Assembly: GCA_963845065.1 (NCBI GenBank)
Contig: CAWJQQ010000003.1
Location: 255,787-319,786 of the forward strand
Direction: 5' to 3'
DNA: 64,000 bases
Origin: Nitrospirota bacterium
GTDB taxonomy: Bacteria > Nitrospirota > UBA9217
The notes below the pieces were generated by a model. That model did no database searches. It was given only the letters and a program-made list of their open reading frames with translations, and was not told where the DNA came from. Below, one piece after another: positions 62,671 through 64,000 of this stretch. Positions within the stretch are counted from its first letter, which is position 1. Each line of letters starts with the position of its first letter. Both the position numbers and the translations under genes were made by a program.

Positions 62671-63996
62671 ATGACTGATCGAGCAAAAGAGCCCTCTGTA
62701 CAAACCATGACTGTAGTTGGTAAAGCATTGGTAACGGACGACAGCACAGCTCTGTCGCTCGGGCTGCTTGGTTTTTCCGCAACGAAGCTTTGGAACACCG
62801 CGGTATGGCATACCAGAAAAGTCTGGGCGGACACAGGGAAAATCCCTACCTACCCCGAGCTCGATGTCGCTCTTAAACAAGAGCATCCGCTCTGGTATCG
62901 CCGGCTGCACTCCCAAAGCTCTCAGGCAATCCTGGAAGAGCTTCGGCAGTCCTATCAATCATGGTTTGCACTCCGTAATAAAGGAGATAGGAAAGCCAAC
63001 CCCCCTGGTTTCAGACGAAAAGCCGATCTGTCAACGGTGACATTCAAACAAAGAGCCGTCACGTGGAATGAGCGTACCTCCACGGTGCGCCTCAGCATCC
63101 CGAAGGACATCTACGGAAAACAATTTCTCTTTCTGAAGCTCCGCCTTCCTAACGGCACACGTCTTACCGAGGACAATGTCCAGATAGGCCGTTTGGTACA
63201 TGATAAAGGCATGTGGTTTGTCCACCTGGTCTATACGATAACGCTCCCCGTATTGAAAGGAGAAGGGGAAACGATGGCAGCCGATCTTGGTATGAAGGAT
63301 ATGGCTGCCACAGCATGCACGGATGGAAACACATCCCTTTGGCCAGGCGGTGAGTTGGCCGCTCTTGAGCGGTACTTTGAAATGCAAAAGTCAAAGACGA
63401 CCAACAGCAAGTCCCGGAAATCAGGTGCGTTGAACCAGAAACGGTCTCGTCAGCGTTCCCACCTGCTCCACAGCTTTACCAAATCTCTTGTCCGCGATGC
63501 AGAGGCTCGCGGTGTCTCCACGATCATCGTGGGGGACCTGAAGGACATCAGAGAAGGCAAAGACTGGGGAAAGAGCGGAAACCAGCAGTTCCATAAATGG
63601 CCGTTTGACCGGATCGTCAGGATGCTCACGTACAAAGCCAGACTCAAAGGCATCCGCGTTGTAGGAGAAAAGGAGCACTACACGAGCCAGACCTGCTGTG
63701 TATGCAACACAAGGGATAAGGCCAGCCGTGTGCATCGTGGCCTCTATGTTTGCAGGCATTGCGGCGCCGTAATCCATGCCGACGTGAACGGAGCAATCAA
63801 CATTCTTAAAAAGTATCTCCCGGAGCACAAAGGTGTCTCCTGGAGTAGTGGCTGTTTGGCACAGCCTTCGGTCAACCGGTTCGCCTGGAGAAATACCAGG
63901 CCAGCAGCATCAGCCCATGAATCGGGGACGTGGCAAACATCTCTGCCGCATCCGAAAACAGAATCAGCAGTGGCTCTCAGTAGTATGAGAGCCTGA
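62671..63996 (+). CDS. tnpB: TnpB RNA-guided endonuclease
   Basis: RuvC-I AADLG, RuvC-II VGDL, zinc finger CCVC...CRHC, RuvC-III HADVNGAINI. Confidence 0.92.
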   Translation: MTDRAKEPSVQTMTVVGKALVTDDSTALSLGLLGFSATKLWNTAVWHTRKVWADTGKIPTYPELDVALKQEHPLWYRRLHSQSSQAILEELRQSYQSWFALRNKGDRKANPPGFRRKADLSTVTFKQRAVTWNERTSTVRLSIPKDIYGKQFLFLKLRLPNGTRLTEDNVQIGRLVHDKGMWFVHLVYTITLPVLKGEGETMAADLGMKDMAATACTDGNTSLWPGGELAALERYFEMQKSKTTNSKSRKSGALNQKRSRQRSHLLHSFTKSLVRDAEARGVSTIIVGDLKDIREGKDWGKSGNQQFHKWPFDRIVRMLTYKARLKGIRVVGEKEHYTSQTCCVCNTRDKASRVHRGLYVCRHCGAVIHADVNGAINILKKYLPEHKGVSWSSGCLAQPSVNRFAWRNTRPAASAHESGTWQTSLPHPKTESAVALSSMRA

Positions 63997-64000
63997 TTCG

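Larger units (their letters stand above)
60903..64000 (+). mobile_element. tnpB-only IS200/IS605 element with its left end interrupted by IS1182; right end outside the window
   Basis: Follows TTTAT (60898-60902); reconstituted left end GCGCCGTAAGACCCCGGCC-GTGA-GGACGGGGATATAAGGCGC. Confidence 0.85.

Noticed and set aside
52393..63996. TnpB genes as Cas12 effectors
   Set aside because: No repeat-spacer array or cas1/cas2 seen; both genes are bounded by IS200/IS605-type ends

Overview
A 64 kb bacterial chromosomal segment of moderate GC. Gene content (TIGR04442-like protein, TPR-roadblock-aroQ-pepP-efp-accBC string, NusB followed by an M17 N-terminal protein) suggests a Nitrospirota- or Desulfobacterota-like organism; this is inference only. 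The backbone is housekeeping: accA, rib genes, nusB, purB, purF, tRNA-Phe, aroQ, efp, accB, accC, thiE, a PurH-like gene, queC, coaE, lptFG and smc. Accessory modules are four degenerate REC-PilZ paralogues, an MgtE-cytosolic-domain plus Nramp-type transporter pair, and a Crp/Fnr module with an unannotated 45-aa Cys-rich microprotein. Mobile DNA is dense: IS4, a tyrosine recombinase plus IS91-type element, and several IS200/IS605 (TnpB) elements and relics. The most striking signal is an IS1182-family element and its ~75-100 bp MITE derivatives (18-bp TIR CAGGCTGTCCGACAATTC). At all five sites in the window they lie at the 4-nt loop of a GC-rich hairpin typical of IS200/IS605 ends. At three sites the loop (GTGA or CTTG) is visibly duplicated. 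This looks like a transposon family that homes into the ends of TnpB elements.
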